Shown: piece by piece, positions 29,037-39,772 of the stretch
Layout of the letters: each line of letters opens with the position of its first letter
Position numbering within the stretch: the stretch's first letter is position 1
IMG/VR virus record: IMGVR_UViG_3300003877_000001
Coordinates: 248,001 to 312,000 of that record
DNA: 64,000 bases
Reading direction: 5' to 3' (one strand)
Program-made: the position numbers and the translations under genes
Notes under the pieces: model-generated
Seen by the model: only the letters and a program-made list of their open reading frames with translations
Told to the model about the DNA's origin: nothing
Database searches by the model: none

Positions 29037-29480
29037 TTATGTGTTGTTTAATATATTAAATTTAGCACCACCAGCATATTTTTCCAATTCAGAAATATTT
29101 CTAATATCTTGTAATCTATAGACATTTTGAAAAACTGGTAATGATTGTCTTATTATAAATACATTATTATCAATTTCTGGTTTATCAATAATATTTTGTT
29201 TTACTTCATCCTTAATAATTTTATAATCACTAAAATTATTCGGATCATCATATCCTAATGAATTAAACGAAAATGTTGTTGTTTTATTTATTACATCATC
29301 AACATAAGTAATTCCACCAATATAATATGTCCAAGTGGTGGGTGTTTGTGTTAATAATCCGTTAACACCATCATTTATATTTGGGTCAGTAGAAGTAAAA
29401 TATAGTTCACTAAGCGTACCTGTAACTGTGAACTTTCTTAATTCAGATAATCGAGATGAAGATGTTCCTGTAACTATCAT
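29037..29480 (-). CDS. Putative virion structural protein
   Basis: 147-aa ORF in the baseplate block. Confidence 0.6.
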   Translation of the reverse strand: MIVTGTSSSRLSELRKFTVTGTLSELYFTSTDPNINDGVNGLLTQTPTTWTYYIGGITYVDDVINKTTTFSFNSLGYDDPNNFSDYKIIKDEVKQNIIDKPEIDNNVFIIRQSLPVFQNVYRLQDIRNISELEKYAGGAKFNILNNT

Positions 29481-30373
29481 TATATTTTATTTAAATATTC
29501 AGATTCAAATTCTTTTATTATATGTGAATATTGTGGAAAAAATTTATTAATTTTAAATTTAATTTTTTCAATAACAATATCTTTATATTTAGTATAACTC
29601 CATAAATGAGCATAACCGATTTCATCGGCAATTTGAAACCAATTATAATTTCTTTTTTCAATCTCTTTAATGGGTATTATTTCAAACGGTTCTACATTAT
29701 TTTCTTTTAAAATGTAATGTAAGAGTGATTGTTCCGCAATTAAAAACATACCTTCATATTTTTTTCGATTACTTTTAAAATCACCATTAGTTGAAATATC
29801 AACTAAAATTTCTTTTACTTTATTTGCATATATGTTTTTTAATTTCATATCACTAAATCCAACAACCCCACAATTATATGCTGCTAAATTATATTTATTC
29901 CAATCAATTCCATGATTATTCATTTTATCAAATGGATTTTTTGATCTCGAATAAATATCATGAAAATGATTACCAATTGTTTTATCATTTTCAAGTGATT
30001 GAACAGCCACTTTATACCTTCCACTAGTAATATTATCACCAATAATGTCTCGAAATAAAAGTACATCTCCATCGATATGTATATATGGTTCTGTCATTAA
30101 TATATGTGTTTTAATTTTTCCCCAAATCCAAAACTTACTACTAACCCCATCCGAATCAAAATCAACAATATGTATTTTATCATACGGTATCATTGAATAT
30201 AGATTATATGCATGTTTATCACAATATAATTCAATAACATATCCTAATTTTTTTATTAAAATTACACTCATTAAATAAGTGTAAAAGTTTTTATTTAAAT
30301 ATTTTATATCATAATCGTTATCAAAATTATCTTTTATTGATGGTGTTGACCATATTGAATGTATATATTTCAT
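29480..30373 (-). CDS. DUF6734-like putative nucleotide-sugar transferase (GT-A like)
   Basis: IHSIWS, IELYCD, WIWGKI, PYIHIDGDVLLF (DxD), YNCGVVG, IAEQ, YAHLW. Confidence 0.65.
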   Translation of the reverse strand: MKYIHSIWSTPSIKDNFDNDYDIKYLNKNFYTYLMSVILIKKLGYVIELYCDKHAYNLYSMIPYDKIHIVDFDSDGVSSKFWIWGKIKTHILMTEPYIHIDGDVLLFRDIIGDNITSGRYKVAVQSLENDKTIGNHFHDIYSRSKNPFDKMNNHGIDWNKYNLAAYNCGVVGFSDMKLKNIYANKVKEILVDISTNGDFKSNRKKYEGMFLIAEQSLLHYILKENNVEPFEIIPIKEIEKRNYNWFQIADEIGYAHLWSYTKYKDIVIEKIKFKINKFFPQYSHIIKEFESEYLNKI

Positions 30374-30382
30374 CCTTATTTA

Positions 30383-30625
30383 TTATATAAAATTATCATC
30401 TAATAATAGTGATTCGCCAATACCCTGAGTAAACTCATCGTATTCACCATAGTACCCATAGGGTATTACAACATCGAAGAAACCAAAATCGATGTCTCTT
30501 GCAGTTAACATTATTTTAAAATTATATAATATAGATAAATCGGGAATTTCAACATAACAATCTATACAACCAGTTGTAGAACCCGTTGTCATAATTCTTT
30601 GTACTTGTTTTTTTATTAATTCCAT
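30383..30625 (-). CDS. Small hypothetical protein
   Basis: 80-aa ORF in the operon. Confidence 0.6.
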   Translation of the reverse strand: MELIKKQVQRIMTTGSTTGCIDCYVEIPDLSILYNFKIMLTARDIDFGFFDVVIPYGYYGEYDEFTQGIGESLLLDDNFI

Positions 30626-30627
30626 TA

Positions 30628-32481
30628 TTAAACACCAAGATTAACCTTTTTACGTAAAATTACTTTAATATCTTTTTCGGGATATTTTATTTCAAACATA
30701 CTATCTTCTGCGGAATATATTGTTTGATTTACAACTTCAATTTCACCAGTTATTGGATTACTAATTGTTTGTTCAATTGGATTTACAGAATATTGACCAC
30801 CAATCTTATTAAATATTTTAACTGAAAGAATATTTACCACATTAGTAACATTATTTATAACCTCAACTAATGGTGTTATAAATATATCTTCATTCATTTG
30901 ATGATTATTAATATCAAAGTAATCTCTTACTGAAGTAATTACTGAATTAGCTATTTGATTATCATTATTTTCATTTACAAACAATTCAATAATAAACCCT
31001 AAATTGAAAATTCTACCGTCACGAACTTCAATATAGTCATTAACCATTCTAAATTCAGTAAGATATTCGGTCATATTAGATTTTAATAAACTATTAGAGG
31101 TGTTATTTAATTTACCATCAGAACCAACACCAAGAATTGGTATTATAATTTTATTATTTTCTCTAAATGCATTTGCTCTAAAAGGTGAACCAAATTTACC
31201 ATCCATTTCAAATACTTGAAATAAATAATCATTTATTTGTACATTTCTTCTTTGTGATGAAAAATTATATTTAGTTAAATTTCTTATTTGTTCAATAGAT
31301 AAACCATCATTTCCACCAATTGCTGGAATTGGGTTGTTTACGGTTAAACTTCTTTTTACTTGTTGATTAAAGTCTTGACGAGAACCGTTTACATTAATTG
31401 TTACAGTACCTAATGATGTTAATGTATTTGCACCTAAATTTGATGCACTACCACCACCTGTTTTATATCTAACAAATAACGTGAAACCTGCTTTTAATTT
31501 CTCACCTAATGCGGTATTTTCAAGATAGTTATTTAAAAATTGTTGATTTGTAACACCTGCCTTTAAAAATCCTTCTTTAAAAGCATCTAATTCACCATTA
31601 CCCCCACCAAAAGTTAATTCACAAAAACCATCTGCTGTAAATTCTTTTATAAATTTTTGGGTTATGTCTATCCAAATACCTGCTTTTATTCCAGTATTTC
31701 CAATTGTTAAATTATTTGTACCACCATTAGGGTCTTCTACAAAAACTCTTTGTTGTGCTAACCAATCAACCTCTTCATATCTATTATCTTGATTATTAAA
31801 TTCTGCTTCGTTGGGGTTTCCAGAGAAATTAGTACCAGCTAATAATATTACATCAGACACTACTAATACATCCGGATCTGGAAGTCTTAATATATAAAAA
31901 GGAACTACTTCATTAGTAGTAATTGATTTTCTTAATATACTAGATGCACCATTAATTACAACCTCTCTTTTGGTTATTTGATAATTACGAATAATACCAT
32001 TAGAATCTAATTGTGGTATTATTGATCTATTTGGTGCTCCTAATGCTGAAAATGGGGATGCAAAATCAATTACTTCATCATTCTCAAATGTTTTACCACC
32101 ACCAACTACTTGTGATTGTGGTGATATTGTTGGATAATAATCAGCATCTGGTTGGTCGCCTTTAACTGGTACAGTAACAATATAATCAACAACAGTAACT
32201 GAAGGTCTTTTAGCTGGAATATTAAACCCCATATTTTTAGCAATTCCAAGTACTGATTCGGTTTGTTGTGCATATTCTAATTGAGTTTCTTGGAATGCAC
32301 GATCTGTGTTGGTTGCTAAATTATTTGCAACACCTGCATTAAGATCAATAAGCATTGATCCCACATTAGAATCAGTAAAATCAGTAAGAACTTCAGGATA
32401 GTATTCCTTAACTAATGTTATTAATTCTTCTTTTATTTCACTAAATGTTCTTTTTTGAAAATTTACTCTATTGTCTCCCAT
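30628..32481 (-). CDS. Baseplate wedge subunit, T4 gp6-like
   Basis: FSEIKEEL...DFTDSNVGSMLID, LEYAQ..SV..IAKNMGF, YKTGGGSASN, GGNDGLSIEQIR, SSQRRNVQINDY. Confidence 0.85.
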   Translation of the reverse strand: MGDNRVNFQKRTFSEIKEELITLVKEYYPEVLTDFTDSNVGSMLIDLNAGVANNLATNTDRAFQETQLEYAQQTESVLGIAKNMGFNIPAKRPSVTVVDYIVTVPVKGDQPDADYYPTISPQSQVVGGGKTFENDEVIDFASPFSALGAPNRSIIPQLDSNGIIRNYQITKREVVINGASSILRKSITTNEVVPFYILRLPDPDVLVVSDVILLAGTNFSGNPNEAEFNNQDNRYEEVDWLAQQRVFVEDPNGGTNNLTIGNTGIKAGIWIDITQKFIKEFTADGFCELTFGGGNGELDAFKEGFLKAGVTNQQFLNNYLENTALGEKLKAGFTLFVRYKTGGGSASNLGANTLTSLGTVTINVNGSRQDFNQQVKRSLTVNNPIPAIGGNDGLSIEQIRNLTKYNFSSQRRNVQINDYLFQVFEMDGKFGSPFRANAFRENNKIIIPILGVGSDGKLNNTSNSLLKSNMTEYLTEFRMVNDYIEVRDGRIFNLGFIIELFVNENNDNQIANSVITSVRDYFDINNHQMNEDIFITPLVEVINNVTNVVNILSVKIFNKIGGQYSVNPIEQTISNPITGEIEVVNQTIYSAEDSMFEIKYPEKDIKVILRKKVNLGV

Positions 32482-32483
32482 TT

Positions 32484-32882
32484 TTATATTGTTAACGTTA
32501 TACTACCTGTTTCACTAAATACATCTTCTGAATATTTAAACTCTACAAGAATATTAATTTGATTATCACCAATATCATCACCAATATCATCAGTATCACT
32601 AAAAAATGTTACTTTTGATATTGTAAGTTGAGGTATAAACAATTTTACTGTTTCTCTTATTTCTTCTTCGATATCACTTTGTGTCACACCATCTTTAGGT
32701 TCAAAAAGATATTTTCTAATATTAACCCCATACTCAGGTTCATAATATCTCTCACCCTTTTCAGTTAATAATAATAATATTAAATTTGAAGTTAGTGCTT
32801 CTTTTGTAATACTATTCATTTTAAATAATCTGTTAGTTACGTTATCATCCTCTAATGGAAATTTAATATTTATTGTATTCAT
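32484..32882 (-). CDS. Baseplate wedge protein, T4 gp25-like
   Basis: NLILLLLTEKGERYYEPEYGVNIRKYLFEP motif. Confidence 0.9.
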   Translation of the reverse strand: MNTINIKFPLEDDNVTNRLFKMNSITKEALTSNLILLLLTEKGERYYEPEYGVNIRKYLFEPKDGVTQSDIEEEIRETVKLFIPQLTISKVTFFSDTDDIGDDIGDNQINILVEFKYSEDVFSETGSITLTI

Positions 32883-32911
32883 CTTTTTGTTTTTTATAAA
32901 TACATATAAAG

Positions 32912-32939
32912 AAAAAATCCGACTATTTAGGTCGGATTT
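32912..32939 (-). terminator. Intrinsic terminator
   Basis: aaatccgac/gtcggattt stem plus U-tract. Confidence 0.7.
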
Positions 32940-33071
32940 ATAATAATATTTGTAGATTTTTATTCCATAATGACCATATATTCAAAATCAGATTCAAAAG
33001 TTGTATTTATTTTTGTTAAATATAAATAATTATAACCAGTATCATCATATATAAACCCATTTTCAGGGTAA

Positions 33072-33485
33072 TTATCCTTCTCCATTTTCTTTTCTTTTTT
33101 TCTCTTCTTCCCCATCTTTATTATATTTTTCATTAAATTTATTTTTCATTTCTTCAATTAATTCCTCTTGTTTTTCAATAATTTCTAAATATTGTTTACT
33201 AACATCTTTAAATTCTTTATTTAATTCTTTTAGTTCTGTTTCACCATTTTCTATGTTAGCAACTAATCTTAATTTATGATCCTCTTCTTCTAATTTTAAC
33301 ATTCTTTCTTTTGCTCTTAAATTAAGTTGTTTTGCATCATTACCATCCATAGTGGATGCCAATTTATGTATTTCATTTATTTTATTGATTGAATCAACAC
33401 CTTTACTTGCATCGCCACTTTCAACAGCTTGTTTTAAATTTTCTAAAAAATTATTTTGTGTTCCTTCTTGTAATTTTTTTTTCAT
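33072..33485 (-). CDS. Coiled-coil hypothetical protein
   Basis: 137-aa E/K-rich ORF. Confidence 0.65.
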   Translation of the reverse strand: MKKKLQEGTQNNFLENLKQAVESGDASKGVDSINKINEIHKLASTMDGNDAKQLNLRAKERMLKLEEEDHKLRLVANIENGETELKELNKEFKDVSKQYLEIIEKQEELIEEMKNKFNEKYNKDGEEEKKRKENGEG

Positions 33486-34489
33486 TATCCTATTTTTTCT
33501 ATTTTAGTTCCTCTTAATTTTACAACATGATATATTACTTGATCTTTATCTTTTGGGATACTTTCATCAAGTATTTCACTACGTTTATAATAACTCCCTA
33601 TTTTATATCCATATCGATTATCATATTCATCTTTAATCCATACTAAATCAATATCGATAAGTTCCTCAAATATGCTACTTTTTTCTGAATATGTAAAGAC
33701 TTTATATTTTGCAGGTATAAAAAATTCTAATATTTTATGACTATCATCAACTCTTTTAATATGAACATATTCAGCCAGTTGTTCAATCTTATTAAAACAT
33801 TCTTCATTTTTTCTTTTAACTGTTAGAGGATATTTTCTTAATTTAGATTTCTCATAACTATTTAATTCTCTAAATCCCAACGATAAATCTTCAACAACTT
33901 CATGATTATTTCCAATTCCAATATTTGGTGGTTTATTTGAAAACATAAATTCTATGGGATATTTATTATCATCATTGGTTGTTCTTTCATGTATTTCTTC
34001 AACCATAACCTCTCCCATTGTTTTTCCATAGTTTTTATTCTTAGGATCATAAAACCCAAAATGATCATATCTTCTACCCCACTTATCTTTTTTTGGTTTT
34101 TCATTTTGTTTCCGACCAACATTTTTAAATTCTTCATCTGTTTTACCAACAGACATTCCCCACTTATTAGCAGCCATTTCCATTTGTTCTGGTGTGGAAT
34201 TACGTAAAAATTTATCTGCACTTTTTAAAACTTCATAATAATCTTGAACAAACTTCTGATCACGTTGACCTTGAAGCATTTTTTCTGCAATACGATTTTT
34301 ATGTCTAACTCTTTGATTTTGATTATTTTTTTCATTTAATACATTTGGGTCAGCTTTAAGTGTTTCTACTTCCGCATTATATAAACCAATACTAATTCGT
34401 ATCATCAAAAGATGTAACGAAGTATATAACCACAATAAACCTAATTTAATATTATTCCAAATATATTTCATTAATATTCTAATAACCAA
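33485..34489 (-). CDS. Hypothetical protein with N-terminal hydrophobic segment
   Basis: 334-aa ORF. Confidence 0.7.
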   Translation of the reverse strand: MVIRILMKYIWNNIKLGLLWLYTSLHLLMIRISIGLYNAEVETLKADPNVLNEKNNQNQRVRHKNRIAEKMLQGQRDQKFVQDYYEVLKSADKFLRNSTPEQMEMAANKWGMSVGKTDEEFKNVGRKQNEKPKKDKWGRRYDHFGFYDPKNKNYGKTMGEVMVEEIHERTTNDDNKYPIEFMFSNKPPNIGIGNNHEVVEDLSLGFRELNSYEKSKLRKYPLTVKRKNEECFNKIEQLAEYVHIKRVDDSHKILEFFIPAKYKVFTYSEKSSIFEELIDIDLVWIKDEYDNRYGYKIGSYYKRSEILDESIPKDKDQVIYHVVKLRGTKIEKIG

Positions 34490-35054
34490 TTTTTTCTAAT
34501 CTTTTATATAATCTAACACCGTTATTAATAGATGCTGAAAAATCATTAAAAAGATGCGTTCCCTTATCATACCCATGTTTATTTATAAACATTGATTTAT
34601 TATTTTTAAATGCTTTTCTAACTTTAACTTCATCTTTTTTTCTATTTAAAGCATATGATAATTTAGTAAAAATTTTATATTCTGCAATTGCCCAATATTG
34701 AATTTCTCTACCAAATTCTTTCATTAATTCCCAGCTTTCTTTTATTTTTAATTTAATCTTTTTAAACCATAATTTAAATTTACAGGTTTTTTTTATTTCT
34801 AATGGATTTGAAGCAAACGGATTATCTTCATACTCATTAGTAATTAATTTACTCCAATTTAACACATTTGTTGGTGTTTTAGCATTTTCATTAGCAATAG
34901 TATTTAATTCATCTACTTTACGTAGAACACTATTAAAATGTTTTTCATATGTTTCCTTATCTTTATTATATTGAATAGCATTCTTCAATCCTTTTAAAAA
35001 AACATTGTTTTTTCTTTTTTCTACCTTTTTAAAATTTCTTTTAAATATTTTCAT
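34479..35054 (-). CDS. Basic hypothetical protein
   Basis: 191-aa ORF. Confidence 0.65.
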   Translation of the reverse strand: MKIFKRNFKKVEKRKNNVFLKGLKNAIQYNKDKETYEKHFNSVLRKVDELNTIANENAKTPTNVLNWSKLITNEYEDNPFASNPLEIKKTCKFKLWFKKIKLKIKESWELMKEFGREIQYWAIAEYKIFTKLSYALNRKKDEVKVRKAFKNNKSMFINKHGYDKGTHLFNDFSASINNGVRLYKRLEKIGY

Positions 35055-35121
35055 AATTATAAGTTTTTATATTTTATTATTATTAACTATAAATAGTCAT
35101 AACTTCTGAAACTAGATTAAT

Positions 35122-36498
35122 TTAAAGTTGTAATTTTTTTTCTATCACACTTTCATAGAAATTTGCTCGATTATTTGTTACATTTTTTAAGTTGTATTTT
35201 ACGCTGAATGTATCATATAATCCTTGACCAATTTTATTTCTATACTCTTCATCTAGAATTAATTTCTTTAATGCTTTGTACCAATACTTATCTGTATTCT
35301 TTTTATTTGGAATTAATACACAATTCACACCATCAACACCATCAACATTATATGGTGGAATATCTGTTGTAACAACAGGTATTTTTCTACTCCAACATTC
35401 TACTTGTTTTAGATTAGACTTCATCTTATTAAACATATTATCTGCAAGTGGTGCAATTGATATATCTGTTTCATTTAAAACTTCAGCATAAATATTAGCT
35501 TTTCTTGTCCAACGTCTAGCATATCTATCTTCGTTTGGATATGTATCTCTTTCAAATTTATCCAACCATTTAAGATATTCCTTATCAGTTATAAGATAAT
35601 GATTATTTGTTAATATTTTTTCATATTCAAGATATACAGATTCTACCGATTTAATATCTCTTTTATTACTATGAAATATATTATCTTTAAATCTTTCAAT
35701 TAAGTCAGCAGGTACATTAGGTATTTTATTAATATCACCACCACTTTTATTTATTGCTTTTACCATTTTACTATCCCAAAGTCTTCTTTTTTGAAGTTCT
35801 TTTCCAAAATCTTCATTAAACTTAACATCTGTTGTTGTTCCTTGGGTATCCCAACCAGCAACAATTATTTTAAATTTACCTTTAGTTTGTGAATCTGCTT
35901 CAAGCCTATTTATAGCACCAACTAATTGTTGAACATCATTCATGTGTGATGAACCAGCCATATAAGATATTCTAACAAGACCATCTGGATCTGGTTTTCT
36001 TTTATCTCTAAATTGTTTCATCCAAGTAGGATCAACAGAGTTAGGAAAAACCATAACATTATCTTTAGCTGTAATTTTTTTTATCTCACTAGCAAATAAA
36101 TCACTTGTAGTGGTAACAAAATCAGCTAGTTTAATATTATCAACAATATCTTGATGTAATTTTTGATCGATTGATGCTCTATAAAATGGGTGTGTTTTAT
36201 CTAAATGCCAGTAATCATCAATATCCATAACCATGATTACACCAGCAGCACTTAATTCATTTTTAAGTTTAATCATATTATCAACACCACCAATAAGTTG
36301 TCTATGATAATTAATTATATGAAAACCCTTTAAATATTCAACAACATTAGGGTCATTAAAATCTAAATCTGAATTTATTTCTACATGGAATTTATCTGAG
36401 TGATCTCTTTCTAATTGAATTGCAGGGGTATTAGTTCTGAAATAATTAACACCAGCAGCATCTTTGTTGTGAAATAATATTTTAATTCTATCATCCAT
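35122..36498 (-). CDS. GT-B fold glycosyltransferase (GT4-like)
   Basis: GVNYFR, MDIDDYW, ADFVTTTS, PNSVD, DISIAPL..NMFNKMKSNLKQVE, PVVTTDIPPY. Confidence 0.85.
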   Translation of the reverse strand: MDDRIKILFHNKDAAGVNYFRTNTPAIQLERDHSDKFHVEINSDLDFNDPNVVEYLKGFHIINYHRQLIGGVDNMIKLKNELSAAGVIMVMDIDDYWHLDKTHPFYRASIDQKLHQDIVDNIKLADFVTTTSDLFASEIKKITAKDNVMVFPNSVDPTWMKQFRDKRKPDPDGLVRISYMAGSSHMNDVQQLVGAINRLEADSQTKGKFKIIVAGWDTQGTTTDVKFNEDFGKELQKRRLWDSKMVKAINKSGGDINKIPNVPADLIERFKDNIFHSNKRDIKSVESVYLEYEKILTNNHYLITDKEYLKWLDKFERDTYPNEDRYARRWTRKANIYAEVLNETDISIAPLADNMFNKMKSNLKQVECWSRKIPVVTTDIPPYNVDGVDGVNCVLIPNKKNTDKYWYKALKKLILDEEYRNKIGQGLYDTFSVKYNLKNVTNNRANFYESVIEKKLQL

Positions 36499-36584
36499 AT
36501 TTTATAATTTTTTATAATTTATTATAAATACGATGAAAATTTTAAAAATCACAATTTTTATCAAAAATAAATGATTTATTTTAA

Positions 36585-36654
36585 AACAGCAAAACTCGGT
36601 ACATATCTTGATGTATCGAGTTTCGAATCCTTTTCTTCCTTATATGGTAAGATA
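36585..36654 (-). ncRNA. Conserved structured intergenic element, copy 2
   Basis: Minus-strand AUCUUACCAU-auaa-GGAAGAAAAGGAUUCGA, then a stem of about 13 bp with different sequence from copy 1, then UUUUGC. Confidence 0.5.
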
Positions 36655-36661
36655 GAGAAAT

Positions 36662-37066
36662 TTATATTTCTTCTTTTACTGTTACAGTTGATTCTGTTTT
36701 CTTTTTAGAAGTCATTTTCTTTTTTGGAACTGGTTCTGTTTTAATTTTAGTTGAAATATGTTTTTTTATTGGTTCACTTTTAATTTTAGTTGATATTGGC
36801 TTCTTTACTGGTTTCTTTGCACTAGGCTTTTGAAGTCTATTGAACTCATTTTCACTTATTTCAATAACATTAATTAATTGTTTTGCTCTTAGACTTTGAA
36901 TTGAAACTGGTAATTTTCTACATGAAAGAACAATTTCATTATCAGCATTTAATTCATGATATTTTTTTTGAAAACCAACATGATATTCGATTTTCACTTT
37001 CATATCTTTATTAATGTGTCTCTTAGGTAATTTACCTGTAACATTCTTTATTTTATAATATGACAT
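36662..37066 (-). CDS. Hypothetical protein with Lys-rich repeated C-terminal tail
   Basis: KKPISTKIKSEP / KKHISTKIKTEP repeat. Confidence 0.7.
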   Translation of the reverse strand: MSYYKIKNVTGKLPKRHINKDMKVKIEYHVGFQKKYHELNADNEIVLSCRKLPVSIQSLRAKQLINVIEISENEFNRLQKPSAKKPVKKPISTKIKSEPIKKHISTKIKTEPVPKKKMTSKKKTESTVTVKEEI

Positions 37067-37078
37067 ATTTTTATATTT

Positions 37079-37930
37079 TTAATTTAAACCTTGTACCATA
37101 ATATCACCATACTTAATACCATCATAACCCATCTGTTTTGCTTTTTCAGCAACAGCACGATTAATAATACTATCAGTACTTACATTATGATTTTTTGAAA
37201 TTTTATTAAAATCAATATTAGGAAACCAACTATTCGCTAATACTGAAACAGGATTAATATCACTTTTAAATGTTAAATCTAAATCATTTGTATTGAGAAT
37301 ATTATCAAATTCCATTTCATATTTATTATATCCATCAACAGGTTTTAATGAAAAGAAGTTTCCAACCTTTGAAATTTCACTAATTTCATCTCTTCTATAA
37401 CCTGTTATTTTCTTTGGTTTTTTACCAGATGTTTCATCGTGTAAAATTTCTTTATCATCATCTTCTAATTCACCTTCTAATGTTGTTAAAAAATCACCAC
37501 CATCAGTACCTTCAGAATCAATATCATTCATTCCGTTAATTTGATCTTGTGCAACTACTTCCATTACACTTTCTTGATTTTCATATTCAAAAATGTCCTG
37601 TATTTTATTTAATAATCTTATGGCATCTTTTTGCGATAACATTATTTGAAGTGCTTTAATTGGGACTGCACGACTTAATGCAGCAACATATCTATGATGC
37701 CCATCTAACACTTTCATTTCTTTTGATATCCAAATAGGTTGAACATTATCCATATCTATTTGAGATACTTTATCTTGTGCTACTATTCCTTGTGATGGTA
37801 TTAATTCATCTGGATCAATTTGAAGATACTTATAATCAACACCTTCCTTATCTAACATATTTAATGTATAATTAAAAGGAGCGTTCACTTGGGGTAACCA
37901 CATTGGTTTATAACGTAGGTCTATACTCAT
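37079..37930 (-). CDS. ParB/Srx-like domain protein with C-terminal ART-PolyVal-like segment
   Basis: LIPSQ...PIWIS...VLDGHHRYVAAL; C-terminal GNFFS...AKQMGYDGIKY. Confidence 0.65.
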   Translation of the reverse strand: MSIDLRYKPMWLPQVNAPFNYTLNMLDKEGVDYKYLQIDPDELIPSQGIVAQDKVSQIDMDNVQPIWISKEMKVLDGHHRYVAALSRAVPIKALQIMLSQKDAIRLLNKIQDIFEYENQESVMEVVAQDQINGMNDIDSEGTDGGDFLTTLEGELEDDDKEILHDETSGKKPKKITGYRRDEISEISKVGNFFSLKPVDGYNKYEMEFDNILNTNDLDLTFKSDINPVSVLANSWFPNIDFNKISKNHNVSTDSIINRAVAEKAKQMGYDGIKYGDIMVQGLN

Positions 37931-38852
37931 TTTCTAATTTATTTTCTAATATTTTTTCAATGCTATTATATTCATAATATGGAATTCTAATTAAATGAAT
38001 ATTATTTTTTATTGAAAATTCGTTTTTTAATTTATCATTTATTTGTCTTTCTTTAAATCCCTTAAAACCCCCAAATATTTTTACTACTTCAAAATGTTGT
38101 TTACCATCATATTCAATTAAAATATTTCTATTGGGTAAATAAAAATCAAACAATAAATTTGATTTATTTATACAACCGTCAAATTTTTTTTGACCATTAA
38201 ATACAATACCTCTTTTTACTAAATACTCTCTAATTCGTTTTTCACCTTTAGATTCCCTACATGTTGGACATCCTTGACCAGATAAATGTGAATTTGGTGT
38301 TTGTTTAAATATTCCATGTTTTAAACAAATAATTTCAACTTTTGTCATATAATTATAATATGACGAATTATCGTAATTATATTTATCACCATGTACTTCC
38401 TTTGCTTTTTTAATGAATTCTTCTTTTGTTAATGAAAACTTATCACTTAAAATATCTTTACCACATTTTAAACAACCATGTCTCATATGATTATTAGGTG
38501 TTTGTTTAAACATTCCATGTTCTAAACATATTATATTAACTTTCGTATTTGAGTTGATGTATTCAACTAAGGTATAATCATATTTATCACCATGTACTTC
38601 CTTTCCTTTTTTAATAAATTCTTCTTTTGTTAATGAAAATTTTTTTGATAAAATTTCGTTTCTACATTTAGAACAATTACTTCCTGTGTAATGATTCTTA
38701 GGATAAACACTAAATAATCCATGTTCTGGACATATAATATCAATCTTAGTACTAATATTAATATATCTAACTAAAGAATAGTCATATCTATTACCATGTA
38801 TTTTTTTTGATTTTTCTATAAACTTTTCATTAGTAAGTCTTTTCACTATCAT
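37908..38852 (-). CDS. Putative homing endonuclease: three Zn-binding repeats plus PD-(D/E)XK nuclease
   Basis: Three FIxKxKxxHGDKYDY...IICxxHGxF...CxxC repeats; FDFYLP...LIEYDGKQHF...LIRIPY. Confidence 0.85.
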   Translation of the reverse strand: MIVKRLTNEKFIEKSKKIHGNRYDYSLVRYINISTKIDIICPEHGLFSVYPKNHYTGSNCSKCRNEILSKKFSLTKEEFIKKGKEVHGDKYDYTLVEYINSNTKVNIICLEHGMFKQTPNNHMRHGCLKCGKDILSDKFSLTKEEFIKKAKEVHGDKYNYDNSSYYNYMTKVEIICLKHGIFKQTPNSHLSGQGCPTCRESKGEKRIREYLVKRGIVFNGQKKFDGCINKSNLLFDFYLPNRNILIEYDGKQHFEVVKIFGGFKGFKERQINDKLKNEFSIKNNIHLIRIPYYEYNSIEKILENKLENEYRPTL

Positions 38853-38904
38853 AAATACTCACTAATTGTTTTTTATTTAAACACTTTTGATTATATCTCA
38901 TAAA

Positions 38905-39762
38905 TTATCCAGTACTATCAATAAAATTGATATCTTTAATGGAAATTTTTTCAGGTGATTTATATGATTTGCTTCTTGCTCTATGAGTATAAACGAAGAA
39001 TCCATTTTTATCCGCACCTAAACTAACCCCATCAATTTTTTGTGTTTTATTTTTTAATTCTTCTGATTTAATTAATCCATGAAGATAACCACCTTCCTTA
39101 TATTTACTACCAGATGAAATATATGGTAATATCTTTTCTTTCATTTCTTTTGAAATTGATTTTGAACGTTTTAATGATTCTTTTGGGTTTACTTTAGATT
39201 CATTAATTAATATTTTCAACTCTTCAGAAATTATTTTATTTAACTTATTATTAGATTCTACTAATGCAAAACTACCATCAGTAACACGATAAACATTAAT
39301 CTGATATAGGTCACCTAGTTCTTCTTTCATTTTTGCGAAAACTACCATTTCCTTTTCTCTATCATCATAAACATTTATCGTATCTACATCTGGATATCGA
39401 TTAAGATATTGTCTTATTCGATCATCTTTCTCACCCCCACCTTGTTTTAAAGATAATTCATCAAACACAATATTGTGTGATTGTAATATCTTTTCTATTT
39501 CAGGTTGTAGTTTTTTTAGTCGTGAAGTGAGCATAATTGTTTTGGTGTCACTCTTAGTCGTATCACTTCTAAATTGGTTTAAAACACTTGGGATTGGGTT
39601 TATCTTAAATACTTTCATATTTAAGCTGTCAGGTCTACCCCACCATCCAACATGTGGATAATCTTTACCTGTTTTTGTTTTCCATAATTTCTTACCTTCA
39701 TCAGGCATTGGTGTATCCATAAGAGTACCATCAAAATCATAAAAGGATAATGTTGTTATCAT
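38905..39762 (-). CDS. HAD-family phosphatase, Swiss Army Knife RNA-repair-like, with extra C-terminal module
   Basis: YDFDGTLMDTP, GWW, MLTSR, VYDDR; second module after IISEELKILINE. Confidence 0.8.
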   Translation of the reverse strand: MITTLSFYDFDGTLMDTPMPDEGKKLWKTKTGKDYPHVGWWGRPDSLNMKVFKINPIPSVLNQFRSDTTKSDTKTIMLTSRLKKLQPEIEKILQSHNIVFDELSLKQGGGEKDDRIRQYLNRYPDVDTINVYDDREKEMVVFAKMKEELGDLYQINVYRVTDGSFALVESNNKLNKIISEELKILINESKVNPKESLKRSKSISKEMKEKILPYISSGSKYKEGGYLHGLIKSEELKNKTQKIDGVSLGADKNGFFVYTHRARSKSYKSPEKISIKDINFIDSTG

Positions 39763-39772
39763 AATTCTTTAT

